From positions 3,133-67,132 of the forward strand of contig JBNJGL010000006.1 of NCBI GenBank assembly GCA_051747745.1: 64,000 nucleotides of DNA. Direction: 5' to 3'. This document shows positions 25,889 through 33,912 of the stretch, one piece after another. The notes under the pieces are model-generated. The model saw nothing but the letters and a program-made list of their open reading frames with translations. It searched no databases and was not told where the DNA came from. This stretch comes from Bacillota bacterium (GTDB lineage Bacteria > Bacillota > Halanaerobiia > Halanaerobiales > Halanaerobiaceae). Both the position numbers and the translations under genes were made by a program. Position 1 is the stretch's first letter. The number at the start of each line of letters is the position of its first letter.

Positions 25889-27466
25889 GTGGAAAAGCGT
25901 AAAGATGCACATGGAAGAATAATTGAAGAAAGAGGCCGAGAAGTTTTTGTTATTTCGCTGGTAGTTGTTTTTGCAATTGTTCTCTGGGGAATAGCCATGC
26001 CCGAAAGTTTTGGTGGAGTTGCAAATAGTATATTTGATTTTCTCACAATGAACTTTGGCTGGTTTTATCTAATTACAATGACCTTATTTGTTGTTTTTTG
26101 TGTCTGGGTTGCCTTAAGTAAATACGGAAAAATCAGGCTTGGTAAGCCTGATGAAGAACCGGAGTTCAGTACTATTTCCTGGTTTGCAATGTTATTTAGT
26201 GCCGGGATGGGTGTAGGTCTTGTATTCTGGGGAGTTGCCGAACCTTTAAATCATTTTGTTAACCCTCTGGGTATGGAAGGTGGAACTGCAGCTGCAGCTG
26301 ATTTTGCTTTAAAGACTTCATTTTTACACTGGGGACTTCATCCCTGGTCTGCATATGGGGTTTTAGCGCTGGCTCTAGCTTATATGCAGTTTAGACACGA
26401 TAAGCCTGCACAGATAAGCAGTGTATTTATTCCTTTGATTGGAGAAGCTAAAGCAAGAGGAACAATTGGTAAAACTGTTGATATTCTGGCTATCTTTGCA
26501 ACAGTAGCTGGTGTAGCAACTTCTTTAGGAATGGCAACACTGCAGGTTACAAGTGGTTTTAATTTCCTATTTGGAGTGCCAGAAACTAATTTTGTGCGTC
26601 TATTAGTTATTGGAGTTATTACAATTATGTTTATGATTTCTGCAATAACAGGTGTTGACAAGGGGATTAAATATTTATCTAATGCAAATATCACTCTTGC
26701 AGGATTGATTATGCTTATCTGTTTGATAGTTGGTCCGACAATGTTAATTATTAATAACTTTACCAATACATTTGGCTATTATTTTTCAAGTATAGTTAGA
26801 GATAGTTTTAGAATTGGTCCAGAACCCTGGTATGGCTGGTGGACAATTTTCTACTGGGCCTGGTGGATTGCCTGGGCACCATTTGTAGCAACATTTATTG
26901 CTAGAATTTCAAGAGGTAGAACTATCAGAGAATTTATTGGTGGAGTATTATTTGCTCCAACACTTGCTTCTTTTGTGTGGTTTTCAATTTTAGGTACAAT
27001 GGGAATGGAAACTGGAATGGAAGTTGCTGAAAATGCTATTGCAGTTACAGAAACAGCATTTTTTGAAGTAATACAGTATTATCCTGCTGGTAACTTGGTT
27101 TCAATTATAGGAACTATTCTCCTGATAACTTTCTTTATAACTTCGGCAGATTCAGCCACATTTGTGCTGGGAATGTTATCTGATAAAGGTAATCAAAATC
27201 CATCAGCAAAATTAAAGGTAACCTGGGGAATCATACAGTCAGGTTTAGCTGTTGCTTTGATGTTATCCGGTGGTTTAGGTATGCTGCAGACTGGTTCAAT
27301 TGTGGCAGCTTTTCCATTTGCTTTTATTATGATTTTTGCAATGTGGGCTATGATTAAAGCTTTGAAAGCTGATGCTGCAGTGGAGGGTGTTGTCGATATA
27401 AATACAGTAGCTGAGGTTTCAGTTGATCATATGGATGAAGAAAAACTAGTAGCAGAAGAAGTGTAA
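25889..27466 (+). CDS. BCCT-family betaine/carnitine/choline transporter (OpuD/GrdT-like)
   Basis: 525 aa, about 12 TM segments. BCCT Trp-rich signature: WTIFYWAWWIAWAPFVATFIARISRGRTIREF. Confidence 0.9.
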   Translation: MEKRKDAHGRIIEERGREVFVISLVVVFAIVLWGIAMPESFGGVANSIFDFLTMNFGWFYLITMTLFVVFCVWVALSKYGKIRLGKPDEEPEFSTISWFAMLFSAGMGVGLVFWGVAEPLNHFVNPLGMEGGTAAAADFALKTSFLHWGLHPWSAYGVLALALAYMQFRHDKPAQISSVFIPLIGEAKARGTIGKTVDILAIFATVAGVATSLGMATLQVTSGFNFLFGVPETNFVRLLVIGVITIMFMISAITGVDKGIKYLSNANITLAGLIMLICLIVGPTMLIINNFTNTFGYYFSSIVRDSFRIGPEPWYGWWTIFYWAWWIAWAPFVATFIARISRGRTIREFIGGVLFAPTLASFVWFSILGTMGMETGMEVAENAIAVTETAFFEVIQYYPAGNLVSIIGTILLITFFITSADSATFVLGMLSDKGNQNPSAKLKVTWGIIQSGLAVALMLSGGLGMLQTGSIVAAFPFAFIMIFAMWAMIKALKADAAVEGVVDINTVAEVSVDHMDEEKLVAEEV

Positions 27467-27503
27467 ACTGTTACTGTTAATAATTTGAAAATTGAATCAA
27501 AAA

Positions 27504-27523
27504 TCCCGGCTTTTCAGCCGGGA
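27504..27523. terminator. bidirectional hairpin between the convergent BCCT and tetR genes
   Basis: TCCCGGC-TTTTCA-GCCGGGA. An A-run lies upstream, which gives a T-run on the minus strand. Confidence 0.6.
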
Positions 27524-27560
27524 ATTATCTCTATGATAAAATTTGTAAACTGGTTTCTGT

Positions 27561-28232
27561 TTACTCACCACAGCAGACTGCATGATTAACAATAGAACGA
27601 ATATGCCTAATTATATTATCAAGTGCTTCTTCAGGACTGTAGTTTATGCGATTATTAATTAAGAGTGTGAGCATTCCATGGTAAATATAAGTGATCATAT
27701 TATCCATCTGCTCTGCCTTTTTTTTGGTCAAAATATTATTTTCGATCAGAGGTTTTGAAGCAATTGAAGCTCTTCTGGATAAATCGGCATCAAGAAGCAT
27801 TGGAAGAAGATCTTCAGGTGGTGTACCCAATTTTTCAGGAAAGATCTGAAAATATTTTTTTACAAGTACTTCCGGGTGATCACCTATTTGATCAGTAAAG
27901 ATTGCATAATATATTTTAGGGTTTTCAAAAGAATATTTGCAGAAACACTCCCACATTAAAATAAATTTTTCGACTTCATTTTCTGCTTCTGCTATATAAT
28001 CTGGCATTGCTTTACTATATTCACCCAGAAAATCAAGCGAAGCAAAAAATATAAGCTGATTACAGTTATCAAAATAGTTATAAATTGTAGCACTATTATA
28101 TCCGGCTTTTTTAGCTACTTTGCGAATTGTAATACTATCAATTCCTTCTTCATCTATTATAGATTTGGCTGCTTCAATAAAATATTTTAAAGTTCGTTTT
28201 TTCTTGATATCTCTGCTTTTGAAGTCGATCAT
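27561..28232 (-). CDS. TetR/AcrR-family transcriptional regulator
   Basis: N-terminal HTH: TIRKVAKKAGYNSATIYNYF. 223 aa. Confidence 0.88.
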   Translation of the reverse strand: MIDFKSRDIKKKRTLKYFIEAAKSIIDEEGIDSITIRKVAKKAGYNSATIYNYFDNCNQLIFFASLDFLGEYSKAMPDYIAEAENEVEKFILMWECFCKYSFENPKIYYAIFTDQIGDHPEVLVKKYFQIFPEKLGTPPEDLLPMLLDADLSRRASIASKPLIENNILTKKKAEQMDNMITYIYHGMLTLLINNRINYSPEEALDNIIRHIRSIVNHAVCCGE

Positions 28233-28331
28233 AAATACAAAACACTTCCTTTAATTGTTTATTTAAATGGTAGATTTTCTATCTCAAGGATACAATAACT
28301 TAGAAAAAATTGCAAGAATTTCGGAAATCAA

Positions 28332-28360
28332 TTGACTTTGATAATTTAATTTAATATACT
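28332..28360 (+). promoter_or_regulatory. sigma-A-type promoter of trxB-trx
   Basis: TTGACT (28332-28337), a 17-nt spacer, then TATACT (28355-28360). Confidence 0.5.
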
Positions 28361-28366
28361 TTTTAA

Positions 28367-28419
28367 TGTAGGGGTTTTGTGAATATTAATACAAAACTGT
28401 AGGGGTTTTGTTAATATTA
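28367..28419 (+). repeat. 22-bp direct repeat (31-bp period) containing a GTTTTGT/ACAAAAC palindrome, downstream of the trxB promoter
   Basis: TGTAGGGGTTTTGTGAATATTA (28367-28388) and TGTAGGGGTTTTGTTAATATTA (28398-28419). ACAAAAC at 28391-28397 is complementary to GTTTTGT. Confidence 0.7.
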
Positions 28420-28446
28420 TATAAAATCTTATAGGAGGAAAACAAT

Positions 28447-29652
28447 ATGAGTCAGGAATATGATTTGATAGTACTTGGGGGAGGTCCTGCAGGAATGGCA
28501 TCAGCCATCTATGGATCCAGATCCCGTCTTAATACACTTGTACTGGAAGCAAAAAGGAAGACAGGTGGACAGCCGTCAACATATCATGATATGGAAAACT
28601 ATCCTGGAGTTCCAGAAACCACCGCTTCAGAACTAATGAAAAATTTCCGAACACATGCAGAAAAATTTGGTACAGAATTCAAACGCGGTGAAGTAACTGC
28701 TCTGGATGTTAACGGTTTGGAAAAAGTGGTTAAAACAAAAAAAGGCGAAAAATACACAGCAAAAAGTGTAATAATAGCAACAGGTGCGGAACCTCGTAAA
28801 TTAGGTGTAAAAGGAGAAGAAGAATTTAAAGGTAAAGGAGTATCATACTGTGCAACATGTGATGCAGATCTTTTTACTGATTTAGATATAGTGGTTGTAG
28901 GGAATGGAAATTCAGCTGTAGAAGAATCTATTTATTTAACTAAATTTGTTAATAAGATTACTATGGTTGTAATCCACGATGAAGGTGTAATGGACGCAGA
29001 AAAGATACTGCAGGAAAAGGCAATGGAGAATGAAAAGATAGACTTTGTCTGGAACTCAGTATTAGAAGAAATAAAAGGTGATGGAATAGTAGAAAAAGCA
29101 GTTGTTAAAAACATAAAGACCGGTGAAAAGGAAGAATTGGAATGTAATGGAGTCTTCTTTTTTGTTGGACGTGTACCAAATACAGATTTCTTAAAAGATA
29201 CAGTAGATTTGACAGAACACGGCTATGTGAAGGCAAATGATAATATGGAAACATCTAAGCCAGGCGTCTATGCAGTGGGAGATGTAAGAAATAAGGTAGT
29301 AAGACAGGTAATAACAGCTGCTGGAGATGGTGCAACAGCTGCAGTAATGGCACAGGGATATATAGAAGAAGAAGAATACTGGCAGAATAATGTTGTTAAT
29401 GCAGATAGACCAGCAGTAGTAGCCTTCTGGAGTGTGACAGATCAGAATAGTATGGATATGGTATCTGAACTTGAGAATATGGAGCTTGAAGATAAAGGCT
29501 ACAAATTCTTAAAAATAGACACATATAAAAACAGACTTATCTCAGATAGATATAATATAGAAGAAATACCGACAGTGCTGAAACTAAAAGATGGTGAAGT
29601 TGCAGAAAAAATGGTTAAGCCAGATAAAGAAAAAATAGAAGCAGTACTTTAA
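28447..29652 (+). CDS. trxB: thioredoxin reductase fused to a C-terminal Cys-free thioredoxin-fold domain
   Basis: GGGPAG FAD motif, redox CATC (SYCATCDA), GNGNSAVEE NADPH motif. An extra ~95 aa carries WSVTDQNS in place of WCGPC, plus a cis-Pro-like EIPTV. Confidence 0.88.
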   Translation: MSQEYDLIVLGGGPAGMASAIYGSRSRLNTLVLEAKRKTGGQPSTYHDMENYPGVPETTASELMKNFRTHAEKFGTEFKRGEVTALDVNGLEKVVKTKKGEKYTAKSVIIATGAEPRKLGVKGEEEFKGKGVSYCATCDADLFTDLDIVVVGNGNSAVEESIYLTKFVNKITMVVIHDEGVMDAEKILQEKAMENEKIDFVWNSVLEEIKGDGIVEKAVVKNIKTGEKEELECNGVFFFVGRVPNTDFLKDTVDLTEHGYVKANDNMETSKPGVYAVGDVRNKVVRQVITAAGDGATAAVMAQGYIEEEEYWQNNVVNADRPAVVAFWSVTDQNSMDMVSELENMELEDKGYKFLKIDTYKNRLISDRYNIEEIPTVLKLKDGEVAEKMVKPDKEKIEAVL

Positions 29653-29670
29653 ATACAGGGAGGTTTTTAA

Positions 29671-29988
29671 ATGTTAGAACTTACAAAAGATAATTTTGAA
29701 AATGAAGTATTAAATAGTGAAGGTAAAGTTGTAGTAGATTTTTGGAGTGACAGCTGTGATAGATGTCTGGAAATAATGCCTGATGTTGAAGAACTGGCAG
29801 AGGAATATGGCGATAAATTCAAATTTGCTAAATTGAATATAAAAGGTAACAGACGCCTTGCAATAGGTCAAAAAGTACTCGGCCTCCCGTCTATTGTTTT
29901 CTACGAAGATGGAGAAAAAGTTGAGCACTTAAGTGGAGAAGACCTAGAAGCAGAAGATATTAAAAAAGAACTTGAAAAGAGAGCATAA
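29671..29988 (+). CDS. thioredoxin-family protein with WSDSCDRC active site (copy 2)
   Basis: 105 aa. By eye, about 80% of residues are identical to the 18946..19263 product. Confidence 0.8.
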   Translation: MLELTKDNFENEVLNSEGKVVVDFWSDSCDRCLEIMPDVEELAEEYGDKFKFAKLNIKGNRRLAIGQKVLGLPSIVFYEDGEKVEHLSGEDLEAEDIKKELEKRA

Positions 29989-29999
29989 ATAAACCAGAA

Positions 30000-30034
30000 A
30001 TCTCTTTCCGGATATCTGGAGAGAGATTTTTTTT
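30000..30034 (+). terminator. intrinsic terminator after trx copy 2, just upstream of grdC
   Basis: ATCTCTTTCC...GGAGAGAGAT (one G-U pair) followed by 8 T. Confidence 0.7.
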
Positions 30035-30061
30035 GCAAATACATTCGGAGGTGAAGGAAAA

Positions 30062-31603
30062 ATGGAATTTCCAGTTGTAAAAGGTTCAAGTTATATATTG
30101 GTTCATACACCAGACATTTTAAAAGAAGCAGGATCAACCCAGACGACCACTAGAGCTAAAAACCCTGATGATGAATATTTAAAGAATATAGACAGTCATT
30201 TGCGCAGTTTTGAAGAGGTAGTAAGATATGCACCAAATCAGGCATATATTGGTAATATGCTGCCCGATAAATTAAATGAGATAGATACACCATGGTATGA
30301 AAAAGATAATCTACTTGATGCAGATAGATTCGGCAATTTAGGTGAAATAATGCCGGAAGAAGAGTTTTATCTTATGTTAAAACATGTTGATGTCTTTGAT
30401 CTTGTCAAATTGAGCAGAGATTTCAGTAAAAAAGCAGAAGAAATTGCAGCAGATCATCCTATCTTAAAAGAAATGGATCTGGATATAGGAGAAGGTGAAG
30501 AACTGGCAGATATAGAAAAATTAACAGCCGCTCATGCAGAACCTCTTTATCTGGATGGAGAGCTTATTGGTTGTGTAAAACAGGCTCATGAAACAGATAT
30601 TAACTTAAGTTCACATGTCATATTAGAAAATCTTGTTGGAAAAGCGTCTGCTGTACTTGCAGTTAAAAATCTGGCTTTAAAACACGATATAGATATGGGA
30701 GATATAGATTATCTGATAGAATGTTCAGAAGAAGCATGTGGAGATATCAATCAGAGAGGTGGAGGCAACTTTGCCAAAGCTATTGCTGAAATGGCGGGCT
30801 GTGTAAATGCAAATGGCTCTGACCTCAGAAGTTTCTGTGCAGCTCCAGCACATGCACTTGTAAATGCTGCCGCTTTAGTTAAAGCAGGAGTTTATGACAA
30901 TGTAATAGTTGCAGCAGGTGGTTCTGTGGCAAAACTTGGTATGAATGGAAAAGATCATGTAAAAAAAGATATGCCAATTCTTGAAGATACATTAGGTGGA
31001 TTTGCGGTACTGGTATCCAAAAACGATGGAATTAATCCAATCATAAGAACTGATATAATAGGCCGGCATAAAGTGGGAACAGGATCATCCCCTCAGGCGG
31101 TTATCAGTTCACTGGTAACCGAGCCACTTGATGATAATGATCTTTCCATAAAAGATATTGATAAATATTCAGTGGAAATGCAGAATCCGGAAATCACTAA
31201 ACCTGCAGGAGCAGGTAATGTTCCGGAATCAAATTATAAGATGATTGCAGCTCTGGGAGTAAAAAGAGGAGATCTTGAAAGAAAAGAGTTAATGGAATTT
31301 GTTAAAAGGCATGGAATGCCCGGTTTTGCTCCAACACAGGGACATATACCTTCTGGAGTACCTTTTGTAGGTCCTGCAGCAGAAATGATGGAAAAGGATA
31401 TGATAAATAAAGCAATGATTATCGGTAAAGGTAGTCTCTTTTTAGGAAGAATGACCAATCAGTTTGATGGAGTTTCTTTTGTTATGGAGAAAAATAAAGG
31501 AATTACAGAAGAAAAAAGAGAAGTAAGTGATAAAGAAATAAAAAATATGATCGCCGGTGCTATGCGCCAGATGGCAGAAAATCTTCTCGGCGAGACCGAG
31601 TGA
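30062..31603 (+). CDS. grdC: glycine reductase complex protein C, beta subunit
   Basis: 513 aa beginning MEFPVVKGSSYILVHTPD.... It has a thiolase-like region and is followed by grdD. Confidence 0.85.
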   Translation: MEFPVVKGSSYILVHTPDILKEAGSTQTTTRAKNPDDEYLKNIDSHLRSFEEVVRYAPNQAYIGNMLPDKLNEIDTPWYEKDNLLDADRFGNLGEIMPEEEFYLMLKHVDVFDLVKLSRDFSKKAEEIAADHPILKEMDLDIGEGEELADIEKLTAAHAEPLYLDGELIGCVKQAHETDINLSSHVILENLVGKASAVLAVKNLALKHDIDMGDIDYLIECSEEACGDINQRGGGNFAKAIAEMAGCVNANGSDLRSFCAAPAHALVNAAALVKAGVYDNVIVAAGGSVAKLGMNGKDHVKKDMPILEDTLGGFAVLVSKNDGINPIIRTDIIGRHKVGTGSSPQAVISSLVTEPLDDNDLSIKDIDKYSVEMQNPEITKPAGAGNVPESNYKMIAALGVKRGDLERKELMEFVKRHGMPGFAPTQGHIPSGVPFVGPAAEMMEKDMINKAMIIGKGSLFLGRMTNQFDGVSFVMEKNKGITEEKREVSDKEIKNMIAGAMRQMAENLLGETE

Positions 31604-31613
31604 GGTGTATAAA

Positions 31614-32756
31614 ATGACTGATAATATTAAAAATAAAGTTGCTGATGTATTTAATGACTTAGCTTCTGCGATAGAGTCTGGTGAATTCGGTGAAAAAAAG
31701 AAAATTGGTCTTACTCTTTTAGACAGTGAACATGGTGTAGATGAGCTAAAAAAAGCAGCAGACATTGCTGAAAAAAATAACAGTGATTTAGATGTAACAT
31801 TAATAGGATGTGAAAACAGCAAATGTGATTGTCTGGCAGATGCACATGATATTATGGATGAGATGCTTAAGAATAATGAGCTGGATGCTGCAGTTACACT
31901 GCATTATAACTTCCCTCTGGGAGTCTCTACAGTTGGTAGAGTTGTAACCCCGGGCAAGGGTGAGGAGATGCTGATAGCAACAACTACAGGTACTACTGAT
32001 ACAGATCGTGTACCTTCAATGCTCAAAAATACCATTTATGGTATTGCAGCAGCAAAATCCCTTGGAATAAAGGAACCAACAGTAGGAATTTTAAATGTGG
32101 AAGGTGCCAGACTTGTAGAAAAAAATCTGCGCAAACTGCAGGATAATGGATATAAGTTTAAATTTGCCACTTCAGTGCGTGCAGATGGTGGTGTAGTTAT
32201 GCGGGGTAATGACCTGCTACTTGGTGTACCGGATATTATGGTAACAGATACTCTCACCGGTAATATGCTGATGAAAGTTTTTTCAGCATTCAATACTGGT
32301 GGGCAGTATGAAGCAGTAGGTTATGGATATGGTCCAGGAGTCGGAAGTAATTTTGACAGGCTGGTTGGGATTATTTCTCGAGCTTCAGGAGCCCCGGTAA
32401 TTGCAAATGCAATTAAGTTTATGGCTGAAGTCAGCAGAGGCAATCTATTAGATATTGTTAAAGAAGAGATGAAGTGTGCTGATAAAGCTGGGCTTAAAGA
32501 TATAATTTCTGAACTAAAAGAAAGCAAAAATAAGGCAGATAATTCTAAAGCTGTATCAGCTCCGGATAAGAAAGTAACCGGAGAAGAGATTGCTGGAATA
32601 GATATTCTGGAAATAGAATCTGCAAAAGAAAGCCTCTGGGAAGAGGATATTTATGCCGAAACAGGAATGGGCTGTACTGGTCCTGTTGTCCTTGTGGCAG
32701 AAGAAGATCTTGATACTGCAAAATCAATTCTTGGAAAGGCAGGTTTTATTGAGTAA
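31614..32756 (+). CDS. grdD: glycine reductase complex protein C, alpha subunit
   Basis: 380 aa counted from ATG 31614 (after GAGGTG). The track ORF start at 31557 would overlap grdC. Confidence 0.82.
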   Translation: MTDNIKNKVADVFNDLASAIESGEFGEKKKIGLTLLDSEHGVDELKKAADIAEKNNSDLDVTLIGCENSKCDCLADAHDIMDEMLKNNELDAAVTLHYNFPLGVSTVGRVVTPGKGEEMLIATTTGTTDTDRVPSMLKNTIYGIAAAKSLGIKEPTVGILNVEGARLVEKNLRKLQDNGYKFKFATSVRADGGVVMRGNDLLLGVPDIMVTDTLTGNMLMKVFSAFNTGGQYEAVGYGYGPGVGSNFDRLVGIISRASGAPVIANAIKFMAEVSRGNLLDIVKEEMKCADKAGLKDIISELKESKNKADNSKAVSAPDKKVTGEEIAGIDILEIESAKESLWEEDIYAETGMGCTGPVVLVAEEDLDTAKSILGKAGFIE

Positions 32757-33911
32757 ATGATATATTTTAACAATGCGGCAACTACCTGGCCAAAACCAGA
32801 AAAAGTATACAGTTCTATGGACAGTTTTTTCAGAAATATGGGGATGAATCCTGGAAGATCTGGAGCATCAGAAGTGATGGATACAGCTAGAACTGTTTAT
32901 GATATTAGAGAAAAGACTGCTGAATTTTTTTCTATAAAAAGTTCAGATCATCTTGTTTTTAATTCTGGTTCAACTGAATCTTTGAATACAGTTATAAAAG
33001 GAGTTCTAAAAGCTGGTGACCATGTTATTATTACTAATATGGAGCACAATTCTGTTATACGACCACTGCAGAGATTAAAAAAAGATATTGGTATAGAAAT
33101 CAGCTATGTTTCTCTTAAGAGGAATAGTGGAGATCTCAATTATAAAGAACTTCAGTCTTTAATCAAAAAGAATACCAGACTTGTAGCTGTTTCTCATGCT
33201 TCCAATGTGATAGGAACAGTGGTAGATATTGACCGCATTGTTAAAATAATTAGTAATGAAGATATATTATTTCTTCTGGATAGTGCTCAGACTGCCGGGG
33301 TTATACCTATTGATGTAAATAACCCTAAAATTGATTTTTTGGCTGTACCCGGTCACAAATCTCTTTTTGGGCCTCCTGGAATTGGTGCACTTTATATAAG
33401 GGATCCAGAGAGTTTGTCTCCTTTAAAAGAAGGAGGAACGGGAACAAACTCTCTTAATACCTGCCAGCCCGATGTAATGCCTGACCGATTTGAAGCAGGA
33501 ACGGTAAATACGGTAGGGATTGTCGGGCTTGGTGCAGGTATAGACTTTATAAATAAGACCGGTATAAAAAATATTCACAGAAAAGAGATGGACCTGACTG
33601 AAAAACTGCTAAAAGGGCTTAACTCTATTCCTGAAGTAAAAATTTATGGAAAAATAAAAAGAGAAGGGCGATTATCTGTTGTGGCTTTTAATATAGCAGA
33701 TATGGCTTCACATGAACTTGCATATATTCTTCAAAACGAATATAATATACAGGTGAGGAGTGGACTGCACTGTGCTCCACTGCTGCATAAAAATTTAGGT
33801 ACTGATAAACAGGGTATGGTTAGAGTAAGTATAGGTTATTTTAATGAAGAAGCAGAAGTTGATATATTATTAAACATAATCGATAATATTGTGAAAAAGG
33901 AGTCAGGTTAA
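32757..33911 (+). CDS. class V aminotransferase-fold cysteine desulfurase / selenocysteine-lyase-like enzyme
   Basis: PLP-Lys context PGHKSLFGP and catalytic-type SGLHCAP. The ATG abuts the grdD stop (TAAATG). selA starts 1 nt after its stop. Confidence 0.8.
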   Translation: MIYFNNAATTWPKPEKVYSSMDSFFRNMGMNPGRSGASEVMDTARTVYDIREKTAEFFSIKSSDHLVFNSGSTESLNTVIKGVLKAGDHVIITNMEHNSVIRPLQRLKKDIGIEISYVSLKRNSGDLNYKELQSLIKKNTRLVAVSHASNVIGTVVDIDRIVKIISNEDILFLLDSAQTAGVIPIDVNNPKIDFLAVPGHKSLFGPPGIGALYIRDPESLSPLKEGGTGTNSLNTCQPDVMPDRFEAGTVNTVGIVGLGAGIDFINKTGIKNIHRKEMDLTEKLLKGLNSIPEVKIYGKIKREGRLSVVAFNIADMASHELAYILQNEYNIQVRSGLHCAPLLHKNLGTDKQGMVRVSIGYFNEEAEVDILLNIIDNIVKKESG

Positions 33912-33912
33912 T

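Noticed and set aside
25768-26046. A 92-aa minus-strand ORF overlapping the grdH end, the hairpin and the BCCT start.
   Set aside because: It is antisense to two well-supported genes and has no RBS.
31557-31613. Upstream extensions of grdD (31557). The same issue applies to mtaB (61865), hrcA (56314), grpE (57366), grdE (19277) and sbcD-like (39180).
   Set aside because: Internal ATG or TTG codons with properly spaced GGAGG-type SDs give the expected N-termini. The longer forms overlap the preceding gene or sit on the SD itself.
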